A stretch of DNA of 64,000 nt from a phage, in the sequence record OZ346175.1. The stretch is one strand, 5' to 3'. A program made the position numbers and the translations under genes. The notes beneath the pieces were generated by a model, which searched no databases, was not told the DNA's origin, and saw only the letters and a list, made by a program, of their open reading frames with translations. Positions 48,574-58,311 of the stretch are shown piece by piece (within the stretch, counting starts at the first letter, position 1; every line of letters starts with the position of its first letter).

Positions 48574-49167
48574 TTAAATCAGTGTTTCCAGAACTGTTTT
48601 CAATGATGACTTGGTTGTCTGATAAAAATGAGTGAATCCATTGTTGTTATCGAATATCTGCATCATAACAGCATCTCCCTTGATTGGGTACACTCGGATA
48701 TCATAGTGAAACCCATTAAAGACAGCAGAACCATTACAGAATACACTAAAATCATCCACTGAGATGTACTCTTCATGTCCTGTGATTTTTATACAAACAC
48801 CTTTACTCGGTCTCTTAGGGTTGATATCTTCCATCACAGACATACTCTGTCCACCAAGAGATACCATAGTGACCACTTTACGGTTCTTCTGTTTAAAGTA
48901 CATCTTAACTTTCTGCAAAGTGTCTTCATAGAATGGATAAGACCTTTCTACAAAGATTCCTTCAAGTGGCTCTTTACCATTTTCAACTTCTCTGTTATGA
49001 CGTACTGCAAAGATAATTTGTTCAAACCAGTCAAGATTTTCTTCGGAGAGTGCTTCCCGAATATCATTCCAGTCAAGGACTAGATAGTTGCCTTCAACTT
49101 CTTTTAAGTTATCTTTTTCCATAGCTATCATACCATTATCGTAAAACTTGGTAATCCGGTACTGCAA
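48574..49167 (-). CDS. hypothetical protein
   Basis: 197-aa ORF, last gene of leftward operon. Confidence 0.45.
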   Translation of the reverse strand: MQYRITKFYDNGMIAMEKDNLKEVEGNYLVLDWNDIREALSEENLDWFEQIIFAVRHNREVENGKEPLEGIFVERSYPFYEDTLQKVKMYFKQKNRKVVTMVSLGGQSMSVMEDINPKRPSKGVCIKITGHEEYISVDDFSVFCNGSAVFNGFHYDIRVYPIKGDAVMMQIFDNNNGFTHFYQTTKSSLKTVLETLI

Positions 49168-49600
49168 ACTTGTTGTTGTTGTTCTTAATGAGGTCTTCTT
49201 CTGTTACTAAGAATGTAAGACCACACAAGTGTGTGTAGTGGCTATCATACTCAAATATTTTAAGTAAATATTTACCATCATGGTAAACAAATTCTACTAC
49301 ACCTTTTGCAACAATCTTTCCAGTCTTGAAGTCTTTAAGGCGGTATACATTACCAACTTTAGGAACTGTTTTCATCTCAGGTTCTTTTAGTTTCTCACCA
49401 ACTTCTACATCACCTAGTAAGTTAGAACTTTCAAAAGCTGCATGTTTCATATAAGCTTCTGAGCATTCCCAGATAAAGCAACTTACAAGAACCTTAGCAG
49501 CATGTCTTGAACAATTCAGCTTATCACAAATCTCTATGTACATTTCATGTTTAGTTGAATTGTTAAGCATGGCTTTTTGAACGACTTCTTTAATTTTCAT
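49136..49600 (-). CDS. hypothetical protein
   Basis: 154-aa ORF. Confidence 0.45.
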   Translation of the reverse strand: MKIKEVVQKAMLNNSTKHEMYIEICDKLNCSRHAAKVLVSCFIWECSEAYMKHAAFESSNLLGDVEVGEKLKEPEMKTVPKVGNVYRLKDFKTGKIVAKGVVEFVYHDGKYLLKIFEYDSHYTHLCGLTFLVTEEDLIKNNNNKFAVPDYQVLR

Positions 49601-50018
49601 AAGCTCTCCGAATAACCCTATTAAGCATCTCTAAAGTCAGCTTTCCAGATTCTAAATGTGGCATAATGAGCTTTAAAGCTTCTTCAACATCATGCACAAC
49701 ATCTATTATACCTTCTTCATAGGCTTCTACAAGGATATCTTTTACATTTTGTGATTTACCTTTTTGTGGTATCACTAGACGCATATCAAACTCATTTGCT
49801 TGAGGATGGTTCTTACCACGCCAGAAACCGTCCTTATCAAAGCTTATAAAGTTATCCTCATTAAAATTAATACCACAAACCTTAAACTTATCTAAAACTA
49901 TGCAGTTGAGAGGGTAATCATCACTTGCATCATTCATTCCAAGAAACTTAACAGTAGCTATATACCTCTGTGTCTTTGCATCTACAACGTCAAGCTCTTT
50001 ACCTATAAGTTCTTTCAT
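49590..50018 (-). CDS. hypothetical protein
   Basis: 142-aa ORF. Confidence 0.45.
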   Translation of the reverse strand: MKELIGKELDVVDAKTQRYIATVKFLGMNDASDDYPLNCIVLDKFKVCGINFNEDNFISFDKDGFWRGKNHPQANEFDMRLVIPQKGKSQNVKDILVEAYEEGIIDVVHDVEEALKLIMPHLESGKLTLEMLNRVIRRAYEN

Positions 50019-50071
50019 TTCGCTACCTTCTAAGTTTCTACAAAGGGGCTATCAAGTAACCCCTTAAGCTA

Positions 50072-50296
50072 TTACTCAGACTTTTCAGTCTTCTTATCAG
50101 ATTTCTTACTAGTCTTCTTCTCAGCTTTCTGTTCAGGCTCCTTCTCAGAAGTTGCCTTAATAACCATATCAAGAAGCTCTGATAAGTCACTCTTCAGCAA
50201 AGTAACAGGCTGCTCGTTGTAGAAGTTTTTGTCAAGATAAACTTTGAACTCTTCTATAGAAGGAAATCCAAAGATTGGTACAGGTGTCTTAATCAT
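50072..50296 (-). CDS. hypothetical protein
   Basis: 74-aa ORF with Lys-rich C-terminus. Confidence 0.4.
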   Translation of the reverse strand: MIKTPVPIFGFPSIEEFKVYLDKNFYNEQPVTLLKSDLSELLDMVIKATSEKEPEQKAEKKTSKKSDKKTEKSE

Positions 50297-50372
50297 TACT
50301 TAGTCTCTCCATAGGCATCTTTCAAGATTGCCTTGTTAATCATTTCAGCGATTGCAAAACGAACACATACAG

Positions 50373-50876
50373 CTATAATTGTAGGTTGCATTCTTTACTT
50401 ACCTCTTCAAGTTTAATCTCCGAGTCCTTAAGTCGTTTCTTATGAACTCTGAATCTTAGTAGTGAGATAATGATACCAGCTAAAGGAACAGCATACAAGT
50501 ACCATACATCATATACCTTTGCAGTAATCTGTGTGATAGTTAAATCTTGAGCTATGTAACTGATTGCTGATACGGCTAGTAATGTTGCTAAGAAGAAAAC
50601 CAGTATCATAGCAATATTCAGACAACCTCTGGCATGGTATTCATGCTTAATGCACTTATTCTTCTCTTCAACAACCCTGTTGTAGTCATTTGTAAAGTCT
50701 CTGTAGAAAGCTTTCAAGTATTCTTGAGTGTAGCCTTCAAAGCAACCTGTACCGTACCAATAGTCACCACCAAAGTGTGCTATGATACCGGTATCCCCAT
50801 TTGGTTTGGTTACTCTCAAAGAGGTGTGATGACGAGTATCCTGATAATCTATCTTATATCTTTCTTCGTAAATCAT
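50373..50876 (-). CDS. hypothetical membrane protein
   Basis: 167 aa with two hydrophobic segments. Confidence 0.45.
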   Translation of the reverse strand: MIYEERYKIDYQDTRHHTSLRVTKPNGDTGIIAHFGGDYWYGTGCFEGYTQEYLKAFYRDFTNDYNRVVEEKNKCIKHEYHARGCLNIAMILVFFLATLLAVSAISYIAQDLTITQITAKVYDVWYLYAVPLAGIIISLLRFRVHKKRLKDSEIKLEEVSKECNLQL

Positions 50877-51121
50877 TTTCCAATCCCTATCAATCGTTTA
50901 TTCCACTCAAGGTCAACAAGTCTTTGCAGGACTTTCCCTCTAGGTGTTACACCTTTTAAATCTGCATCATAGCAACGGTAAAAGTCACCTTCAGCGTGTT
51001 TACCATAGCATTTTCTGATATTCTGACTCCTACGATATTGTTCTAATAGAGACAGCTTGTAGTAATCTTCAACTGTAGTTAGTTTTTTCATTCTTTCACC
51101 GTAGTGTTTCTCTAGAAACAA
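50873..51121 (-). CDS. hypothetical protein
   Basis: 82-aa ORF. Confidence 0.4.
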   Translation of the reverse strand: MFLEKHYGERMKKLTTVEDYYKLSLLEQYRRSQNIRKCYGKHAEGDFYRCYDADLKGVTPRGKVLQRLVDLEWNKRLIGIGK

Positions 51122-51174
51122 AAAAGGGAACTACCTCTCGATAGCTCCCATCATAATCAGTGCTGTATACTTGG

Positions 51175-51756
51175 TCAAGAGTATTTTTTAGGCAGTAATG
51201 CACTACGCTTGTTACTCTCTTCACTCAACAGTGCAATGAAATCATCACTTTTACCTTTCCACGGGCTGAATGAAGGAATGTGTTCACGAATTGCTTCAAT
51301 CACTGTCTTCAGTGCTGTATTCTTCATCCACCAATCAGAGTCTGCTGATGCTACCACGTAGTATCCACCGTCATCAGTTAAAATTGGCTCTGAGATACAT
51401 GGCGAAATCAAAGTGGTAATGATTGAACCATTGTTCATGTAGTATGTGCGTTTCATAACCTTTTCAAGAAGCTTGTGAAGGTCACCAAACAATGTTACAA
51501 GTTCTTTGTGGTCAATATCTTTTTCGAGGCTTGCTCGATACTTCAATAGTGCAGCATCAACCTCTCTGTCATTGAACTTGAAATATTGAACTTCTTCCAC
51601 AAGGCAAACACTGATGTTGTTAACGTTCATAGTCAACTTACAAACTTTTACAGGAGAGTTGATATTTGGTTGAAAAAGTGCAACACACCCTTCAATGTTT
51701 CCAAAATGTTGTACTAGTGTTACTTGTGGAATGATATCCTGTTGCTCTTCGGACAT
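51175..51756 (-). CDS. hypothetical protein
   Basis: 193-aa ORF. Confidence 0.45.
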   Translation of the reverse strand: MSEEQQDIIPQVTLVQHFGNIEGCVALFQPNINSPVKVCKLTMNVNNISVCLVEEVQYFKFNDREVDAALLKYRASLEKDIDHKELVTLFGDLHKLLEKVMKRTYYMNNGSIITTLISPCISEPILTDDGGYYVVASADSDWWMKNTALKTVIEAIREHIPSFSPWKGKSDDFIALLSEESNKRSALLPKKYS

Positions 51757-52100
51757 TACAGTTTCCTCATTAAATACTTTTTAAGTTGTGTGTTAGGTTT
51801 CTCAAAAACTTCTATAGAAGATATCTTGACAGATTCACCACGCATACCTGTGTGTTTGAATATATAGTACTCTAACATCCCTATATACTTTGCTGGTAAG
51901 TCATGTTTGACATACACCGTTACAGAATCTTCAAATTCAACGACCTTTGTACCATCTTTGTAGTTAAACTCTTTAGGATGGTTGTAGTTGTCTATGTCGT
52001 ACATTAAAAAGAGTCTTTTACGTTGTAAGTCAAGCTTATTTGTTAAAGACTCTTTGATATCTGAGAAGTTTTTGTACACTGTGACATGGAGCTTACTCAT
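51756..52100 (-). CDS. hypothetical protein
   Basis: 114-aa ORF. Confidence 0.45.
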   Translation of the reverse strand: MSKLHVTVYKNFSDIKESLTNKLDLQRKRLFLMYDIDNYNHPKEFNYKDGTKVVEFEDSVTVYVKHDLPAKYIGMLEYYIFKHTGMRGESVKISSIEVFEKPNTQLKKYLMRKL

Positions 52101-52386
52101 CGTTAAACTCTCTGACGAAGAAATAGTTGACTTTGTTATTACCTACCATAAGGTCAAAGCAGGTATTCTCAAAAGGTTTGTTGTAGGCATCATATGAAAC
52201 ATATGGGTCAGCTACTTGCTTAGTGCTTAACTTCTTACTTGATGGGTTTAAGAGGCCACCATACAGTTTCTTGATAGCCTCTTCTACAACAGACCAGATG
52301 ATTTCGTCAGTAATTTCTTCGTACAGGTCAAGTTCACGCTCTAGTGAGAAGTCACAAATAGGGAAAATAACCTGCACTTTACTCAT
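52093..52386 (-). CDS. hypothetical protein
   Basis: 97-aa ORF. Confidence 0.45.
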   Translation of the reverse strand: MSKVQVIFPICDFSLERELDLYEEITDEIIWSVVEEAIKKLYGGLLNPSSKKLSTKQVADPYVSYDAYNKPFENTCFDLMVGNNKVNYFFVREFNDE

Positions 52387-52775
52387 TAACGGATAACCTG
52401 TGTGACTTGAATTGCTTCAGTTACTGACAAGTCACCTACTTTCTCTTCTTTGATAAAAGTGAAGGTGAGTTCAACAGGCTCTTGCTCTTCTTGCTCAACT
52501 GGAACACCGTTAAGCTCATCAAAGATTGATTGAGTTGTCCAGTCTTCTCCACCATCTGGATAATGGATGGCGTAACGAGGAAACTCCATATCATACCAGC
52601 CAAATACAGGGCAACCATCTTCATCATCTCGCATTCTGCGAAGGGTGCTACCTGAGCCTGTAAAGCGAAGACTAATATTCCCATTACACTCAAAAATCAC
52701 TGCGTCGGCAAGTCCAGCATCTTCTCGACCATCATGTCCAAAAGTGTCAACTTTTACTTGAATTTCTTTATTCAT
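52386..52775 (-). CDS. hypothetical protein
   Basis: 129-aa ORF. Confidence 0.45.
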   Translation of the reverse strand: MNKEIQVKVDTFGHDGREDAGLADAVIFECNGNISLRFTGSGSTLRRMRDDEDGCPVFGWYDMEFPRYAIHYPDGGEDWTTQSIFDELNGVPVEQEEQEPVELTFTFIKEEKVGDLSVTEAIQVTQVIR

Positions 52776-53166
52776 AAAAACCTCTCTCTGCTTGTTCGAT
52801 TTTTGCTCTTAAAACTTCACAACGTTCTATGTGATATCTGGCCTCATGCTCATGTGTTGCCAAAGTCCTTTCAAGAACTGTTTTATAGTAACTCGCAAGC
52901 TGCTCTCTTGTCAAGGGGTGTTCTGAAATAATATCAAGGCCACTTTCCCCTAGAGTATTAAACTGCCCGTGTTCATTTACATGGTAAGTCTCAAACTTGA
53001 ACAGGCCGTTGTTAGCAGATTCAATAGGTGAGAGTTCAGCCAACTCAACAGTGAACATTGTGTGTACCCTATCACCAATTGTGACAATGTTACTCCCAAT
53101 GATTCTCACCATTGAGCCATTACGAGTGTACTTAAAAGTCCCAACATCATCAGCCCAAAGTTTCAT
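52768..53166 (-). CDS. hypothetical protein
   Basis: 132-aa ORF. Confidence 0.45.
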   Translation of the reverse strand: MKLWADDVGTFKYTRNGSMVRIIGSNIVTIGDRVHTMFTVELAELSPIESANNGLFKFETYHVNEHGQFNTLGESGLDIISEHPLTREQLASYYKTVLERTLATHEHEARYHIERCEVLRAKIEQAERGFYE

Positions 53167-53180
53167 AGTTTTCTCCTTAG

Positions 53181-53208
53181 AAAATAAAAAAGGCTCCCGA
53201 AGGAGCCT
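53181..53208 (-). terminator. rho-independent terminator (minus strand)
   Basis: aggctcc-loop-ggagcct hairpin with U-run on the minus strand, after lysozyme gene. Confidence 0.55.
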
Positions 53209-53217
53209 ATGAAGATA

Positions 53218-53682
53218 TTACTTTGGATATACACTGTCAAGATAAATGTCAGCTTCCATTCTACGTCTGTTTTTCAGGCCGTTTGAAGTGACCTTCTTAC
53301 CTTTGACTGTGACCTTGTTCCACCACTGCATAGCTTCTGCACAACCAACCTTATTACCAGCATTGTGGCGCTTGATAAATGTGGAGTCCTGCATAGCCGT
53401 GATACCAATGTTGTATGTTTCACTTACAAGTGCATCAAACTCATTCTGAGAAGTTGGAACCTTGATAGCTTTGTTAACTGCTGCAACGAATTTTTCAACA
53501 TCTGCAAGAAGATACTGTTCAGCTTGTTCAGCCGTAATTTTCATACCCATCTTAACAGGCTTCCCACCAATACGGATTGTTCCATACCCAATTGTGGGGA
53601 TTCCAGCAGAATCTTCGTAAGCCTCTAGCTTAAGACCTTCAAAGAACTTAATAGCTTCTAAACCTTTTCTTGAGAGTTGCAT
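53218..53682 (-). CDS. T4-type lysozyme (glycoside hydrolase family 24-like endolysin)
   Basis: EGLKLEAYEDSAGIPTIGYG aligns with T4 lysozyme catalytic region. Confidence 0.8.
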   Translation of the reverse strand: MQLSRKGLEAIKFFEGLKLEAYEDSAGIPTIGYGTIRIGGKPVKMGMKITAEQAEQYLLADVEKFVAAVNKAIKVPTSQNEFDALVSETYNIGITAMQDSTFIKRHNAGNKVGCAEAMQWWNKVTVKGKKVTSNGLKNRRRMEADIYLDSVYPK

Positions 53683-54566
53683 TATGCCTCCCCTGCTGGA
53701 TTAACTGTAACTGTTGCCGCATTAGATGTTACAGAGCCGCCTGCACCAGTCACTACACAAGTGTAGCTTCCTGCATCAGCGGTTGTTGCACCTTCTTTGG
53801 TGTAAGTTGCAGTAGTTGCATCGAGGATGTCTTCCTCACCTTTCTTCCACTGGTAATCTGTCGCACCTGTTGCCACAACATTCAGCGTTAAGGTATCACC
53901 TTCAGTGATTTCTTGATTGGTTGGTTGCTGAGTGATTACCGGAAGTGCGTTCACAGTCACTGTTGCTGCATCTGAGGTAACACTTGTTCCACCCTCTCCA
54001 GATACAACACAAGTGTATGAACCAGCGTCAGAAGGTGCTACTGACTGTTTTGTGTAAGTTGCAGAATTGGCACTAGGGATATCCTCACCATCCTTCTTCC
54101 ACTGATATCCAGTGGCGTTAGTTGCTAGAATGCTTAGAGTAAGTGTGCCACCCTCATTGACTGTTTGACCTGTTGGTTGCTGAGTAATTGCTGGTGGCTT
54201 AATAGCATCCTTCAACTTAGCATTCAACATTGAGAACGGCTTAACTCTTGCCAACCATTCACAGTAAATTGTGTCAACATCTTTACCATTGATGATTGCA
54301 TACTGCAAATCCATGAAGAAATCAGCAGTTCTCATCTGTGCACCAACACTGTAAAGCAATTCATCACTAAATGGAACTTTGTAGTCTGGTTTGTAGTCAA
54401 ACTTCTCAACTTCTGCAATATCAGCTTCAGGCCAATATGAACTATAGGTAAGTGGTAAAATAGCCTCTTGATATGTTCTAAAATCATACCTCTTACCAGC
54501 CTTTACATTTGCAATGAAACCCTTCACAAACTCTTTGAAGTCTGGGTAAGTCTTTGCTTTAATCAT
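53682..54566 (-). CDS. hypothetical protein with two Ig-like domains
   Basis: N-terminal about 120 aa paralogous to next gene; two tandem Ig-like repeats (YQWKKDGEDI...AGSYTCVV). Confidence 0.55.
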   Translation of the reverse strand: MIKAKTYPDFKEFVKGFIANVKAGKRYDFRTYQEAILPLTYSSYWPEADIAEVEKFDYKPDYKVPFSDELLYSVGAQMRTADFFMDLQYAIINGKDVDTIYCEWLARVKPFSMLNAKLKDAIKPPAITQQPTGQTVNEGGTLTLSILATNATGYQWKKDGEDIPSANSATYTKQSVAPSDAGSYTCVVSGEGGTSVTSDAATVTVNALPVITQQPTNQEITEGDTLTLNVVATGATDYQWKKGEEDILDATTATYTKEGATTADAGSYTCVVTGAGGSVTSNAATVTVNPAGEA

Positions 54567-54934
54567 TTCTTTTTAGCCTCTAAATGTGCGTTTAGTCTAA
54601 AATAACCTTTGTGATGCGGAGATACATCACCAACAACAATACCTTTAACCTTATAGCCTTTACCAATTACATACTGGATATCCATAAGGAATCTTCCAAG
54701 TCCAACAATATGGAACATTGGATATAATAGGTTCTCAGAATCTGGAATATTGATTTCAGGTTTGTAGGTACGCTGTTCGATTGTTGGTGTAATATCTTCT
54801 TCAGGCCATTTGCTGAGTCTCCATGTCAAAGGTGTTGGGATAACATCATTAAGGTTGTACCTTTCACCATTTTGCACGGAATTGATATAGGATTGTAGGA
54901 AGCAATAAAAGTCTTTTGCACTCTTAGCTTTCAT
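54563..54934 (-). CDS. hypothetical protein (paralog of N-terminal domain of 53682..54566)
   Basis: Shares KAK..DF..YI..V..G.RY...PLT...WPE.DI...YKP...MDIQY.I pattern with downstream gene. Confidence 0.5.
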   Translation of the reverse strand: MKAKSAKDFYCFLQSYINSVQNGERYNLNDVIPTPLTWRLSKWPEEDITPTIEQRTYKPEINIPDSENLLYPMFHIVGLGRFLMDIQYVIGKGYKVKGIVVGDVSPHHKGYFRLNAHLEAKKK

Positions 54935-54981
54935 TAAATATCCTTATAAATAGTTAAAGGGGCATCAGCCCCTATTCACAC

Positions 54982-55572
54982 TTAAGCTTTGGTCTTAAGT
55001 AGGTTCTTAAGTTTTTTAAGATTCATACTCTCATCAAACTTAAAACCAAATCCATTGACATAATCAATGAACTCGGATTTCTTACTGAGTGACAATGCGT
55101 AACTCATATCAAAGTTCTTACTTGTTTCTGCGTCTGGACTAGAGTTCACATCAAATGAAATTTCTGTAGGCTCTTGCTTACTCTTTCTCATGTTATCAAC
55201 CAACAAACATGTATAATTTGCTGGATAGAAATTTACACTACCATCAACGTAGCTGTACTTATTATTATGGATAAGGTTGGAAAATACCTTAAGGAATGTT
55301 TCTGAGTCGTGGCAAACAAGTTTGAATTGGCTGCTCTCTCCAAGCGCAACTAATGAGTACGGACTTTCACTATCAAAGTCATAATTTTGATTCGATGCCG
55401 TTACTGTTGCACGCATCAAGTTATTAGCAATAGTCTTCTGTTTAAAAGAATTTTGAACATAGTGAAGACCTCTATCACACTGATTGACTAGCTCTTTAAG
55501 CAGGTCATTTGCATATGGTGAATTAATTGATACAGAGCCATCACTATTGTAATTAAAACTTACTGTTAACAT
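54982..55572 (-). CDS. hypothetical protein
   Basis: 196-aa ORF. Confidence 0.45.
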   Translation of the reverse strand: MLTVSFNYNSDGSVSINSPYANDLLKELVNQCDRGLHYVQNSFKQKTIANNLMRATVTASNQNYDFDSESPYSLVALGESSQFKLVCHDSETFLKVFSNLIHNNKYSYVDGSVNFYPANYTCLLVDNMRKSKQEPTEISFDVNSSPDAETSKNFDMSYALSLSKKSEFIDYVNGFGFKFDESMNLKKLKNLLKTKA

Positions 55573-55799
55573 TTTTCAGTTCTCCTGCGGTTTATAATTT
55601 TGCTGCAATAGAGAAACGAAGTAAACTCACTGGAAGAAACCATTAAGTGTTGTTCACTAGATTGAGCCATTGCCCTGAAATACATTCCAGTCAAAGCATC
55701 ATAGTGACTATTCTTTCCAATTGAGGTTATATAGCCATGACTCTTTGCAGTTTGATATAAATCTATAATATCTGCGATTTCTAATTGGGAACTACACAT
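55566..55799 (-). CDS. hypothetical protein
   Basis: 77-aa ORF. Confidence 0.4.
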   Translation of the reverse strand: MCSSQLEIADIIDLYQTAKSHGYITSIGKNSHYDALTGMYFRAMAQSSEQHLMVSSSEFTSFLYCSKIINRRRTEKC

Positions 55800-55963
55800 A
55801 GATAATCCTCTTGTCTTCTGTAATTTTGAAAGAACAGGTACAGACCAATTTCAGAGGACGAATAGTAGATTAATTCTACCATTTTTGATTCCTTACAGTG
55901 ATTGGTATTCTTACCTTTCTTCGGTTTATTTGATTTTCTCATTAAGTCTCCTTTGTAGAACAA
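55781..55963 (-). CDS. hypothetical small basic protein
   Basis: 60-aa ORF at head of leftward operon; weak. Confidence 0.25.
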   Translation of the reverse strand: MFYKGDLMRKSNKPKKGKNTNHCKESKMVELIYYSSSEIGLYLFFQNYRRQEDYLCVVPN

Positions 55964-56040
55964 GGCAGACCTACAGCTTTAAGTAAGATGGTACAGTAAT
56001 CCATACAACAAGTCAAGAACTATTGCAAGTTAAAAAAGTT

Positions 56041-56065
56041 GTTGACAAAGTACTTGACAAGGTGT
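56041..56065 (+). promoter_or_regulatory. conserved tandem TTGACA element (putative promoter/operator)
   Basis: gttgacaaagtacttgacaaggtgt; 23/25 identical to 10703..10727; in divergent intergenic region. Confidence 0.4.
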
Positions 56066-56191
56066 AGGCTTATAAATACTTAGAAGATAACTTAAAAGGT
56101 TCCTCTAAAAAGGCTATTTAAATAGATATCTTTCTGGATATCTATCTTTTATCTTAAAAGCCTTTTAAGAGGTCTTATAAGAGGCATACCA

Positions 56192-56563
56192 ATGAAAAAC
56201 AGAACAAACAAAGGCCAGTTTAAAAAAGGCCAGTCTGGAAACCCATCTGGAAGACCAAAAGGCTCTCGTAACAAAAGCTCACTCGTAAAAGCTCAACTGA
56301 CCATTGATAATTCTGCTGAGTTTGCTGCAAAGTTGTTTGAAGCGATTGTTACAAGGGATGCTGCTAAGCTTGCAGAGTTCGGTTTGACGACTGACGATGT
56401 AAACCTGAAGTCGATGATGGAAGCTGGTAAAACTATCATGACCCACTCAGCAGGTGAGATGAAAGCGATTGCAGCAGACACTAAGAAGACCCCTGATAAC
56501 GGTTGTCAAACCCAGACAGATAACAAACCAACGTTTTCTGCTGTAGCGACTCTCAAAAAATAA
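56192..56563 (+). CDS. hypothetical protein with GNPSGRPKG motif
   Basis: 123 aa; N-terminal KGQSGNPSGRPKGSRNK basic motif. Confidence 0.5.
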   Translation: MKNRTNKGQFKKGQSGNPSGRPKGSRNKSSLVKAQLTIDNSAEFAAKLFEAIVTRDAAKLAEFGLTTDDVNLKSMMEAGKTIMTHSAGEMKAIAADTKKTPDNGCQTQTDNKPTFSAVATLKK

Positions 56564-56645
56564 TTTTAAAAGGTGTTGACAGACTCTACAAAGTTGCTCT
56601 AAAGTCTGTCACATCAACAAACAAAATGAGAGAAGAGAGTAAAAT

Positions 56646-58061
56646 ATGAGCGAGTTATTTAAACATGCGCACCTTCATGCAGGTCGAACTGAAAATGGTG
56701 CTGTAAACCATACTTCATCAATGTCTGCTCTAGTAAACTTTTACAAAGCTGCTGGTTCAAGCCGTAGCAACGTAGAAATCTTACCAGACCTGTTCTACAA
56801 AGCTTTGCGTGAGGATGTTGATGTTGCAGTTCGTATTTTGCTTCATATGCGAGATGTACGAGAAGGTATGGGTGAGCGTAAAGCCTTCAGGACTGTTTTG
56901 CTTCAAGCAATTGAAGACAAAGTTTTAGAGTCTACGCAGGTTCTTCGCATTATGGATAAGATTGCAGAACTTGGTCGTTTTGATGACTTCAAAATCTTCG
57001 TAGGTACTCGTTTCGAGACAGATGCCTTCAAACATTTAGAAGCAGCATTACTAGACCCTGCAACAGAAGGTTTGGCGGCTAAGTGGTTACCACGAGTCAA
57101 ACCACGTCATAAGCAGTTTGTAAAACGTTTCTGCAAGTTTGCCAACTTGAGTGAGAAAGAGTACCGCACACTGTTGTCTGCACTATCTGATACAGTTGAG
57201 CAAAAAATCTCTGCTAATGAGTTTGGTAAGATTGACTACAGTAAGATTCCTTCACTTGCTGCTGCACGTTACCAAAAACTGTTTAACCGTAAAGATGGAG
57301 AGCGTTACAAAGCTTACATCGAGTCCTTATCAAAAGGTGAGACTAAGATTAACGCTGGTGCTGTTTACCCATACGATGTGATTAAATCTGTCAAGTATGG
57401 TAATGCAGATGTTGCTAATGAGCAGTGGAAAGCACTACCAAACTGGATGGCAGAAGGTGAAAACATCTTGTGTATGTCTGATGTATCAAGTTCAATGTCT
57501 TGGGTGAATTTTGGCTCCATTACTGCTCTGGATATTGGTGTATCACTTGCCTTGTATGTAGCAGAACGCAATACAGGTTGCTTTAAGAATGAGTTAATGG
57601 TTTATTCAACAAACCCTCACTTCATCGAACTGAGTGGTGATTTACGAAACCGTCATCGTCAGGTGATGCGACACGTTGAATATGGCTCAACTAACTTACA
57701 AGCAGCTTTTGACCGCATTCTTGAAACAGGTAAAAGAAACAACTTGACTCAGAAAGATATGCCAAGTAAGCTTATCATCTTCTCCGATATGGAGTTCAAT
57801 CAGGTTGATGGAGCTAACGGTCGTACAAACTTTGAAGCAATTCAGAGTAAGTACAAAAAAGCTGGATATGAGATGCCACAACTGGTATTCTGGTACTTAG
57901 CAAACCGTAATGGTACTTGCGAAGTATCTGTTAAGGATAACGGTGTAGCAATGGTATCAGGGTTCTCTCCAGCCACTTTAAAAGCTCTGCTTGGTGGTGA
58001 GAAGTTTGACCCAATCAGTGTAATGCTCAAAGCAGTAATGATTGACCGTTATATCTGGTAA
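56646..58061 (+). CDS. Ro60-like (TROVE + von Willebrand A) protein
   Basis: 471 aa; helical N-terminal region then vWA MIDAS DVSSSM in ILCMSDVSSSMSW, plus IIFSDMEF and C-terminal GFSPATL blocks matching recalled Ro60. Confidence 0.6.
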   Translation: MSELFKHAHLHAGRTENGAVNHTSSMSALVNFYKAAGSSRSNVEILPDLFYKALREDVDVAVRILLHMRDVREGMGERKAFRTVLLQAIEDKVLESTQVLRIMDKIAELGRFDDFKIFVGTRFETDAFKHLEAALLDPATEGLAAKWLPRVKPRHKQFVKRFCKFANLSEKEYRTLLSALSDTVEQKISANEFGKIDYSKIPSLAAARYQKLFNRKDGERYKAYIESLSKGETKINAGAVYPYDVIKSVKYGNADVANEQWKALPNWMAEGENILCMSDVSSSMSWVNFGSITALDIGVSLALYVAERNTGCFKNELMVYSTNPHFIELSGDLRNRHRQVMRHVEYGSTNLQAAFDRILETGKRNNLTQKDMPSKLIIFSDMEFNQVDGANGRTNFEAIQSKYKKAGYEMPQLVFWYLANRNGTCEVSVKDNGVAMVSGFSPATLKALLGGEKFDPISVMLKAVMIDRYIW

Positions 58062-58079
58062 AAAGTTTTAAAAAGGGTA

Positions 58080-58108
58080 TTGACAATGTGTTTAATACCC
58101 TTTAATAT
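58080..58108 (+). promoter_or_regulatory. sigma70-type promoter upstream of tRNA cluster
   Basis: TTGACA-N17-TAATAT; -35 sits inside inverted repeat aagggtatt...aataccctt. Confidence 0.5.
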
Positions 58109-58227
58109 GTTCTACATAGAAGCGAAATGAGAGCTTTTCTAAGATACTGAAAAATATTTTAAAAAAGTTCTTGACAATCACTAAAAAAATAATGTTAAAG
58201 TGGTTACATAGAGTTTGAAAAGTTTAT

Positions 58228-58304
58228 CTCTGTTTAGCTCAGCTTGGTAGAGCGTTCCGTTTGGGGCGGTAAGGCCGGAGGTTCAAGTCCTCCAACAGAG
58301 ACCA
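58228..58304 (+). tRNA. tRNA-Pro (anticodon TGG)
   Basis: Hand cloverleaf: acceptor ctctgtt/aacagag, anticodon loop ttTGGgg, T-arm ggagg-ttcaagt-cctcc, CCA encoded. Confidence 0.7.
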
Positions 58305-58311
58305 AATTAAT

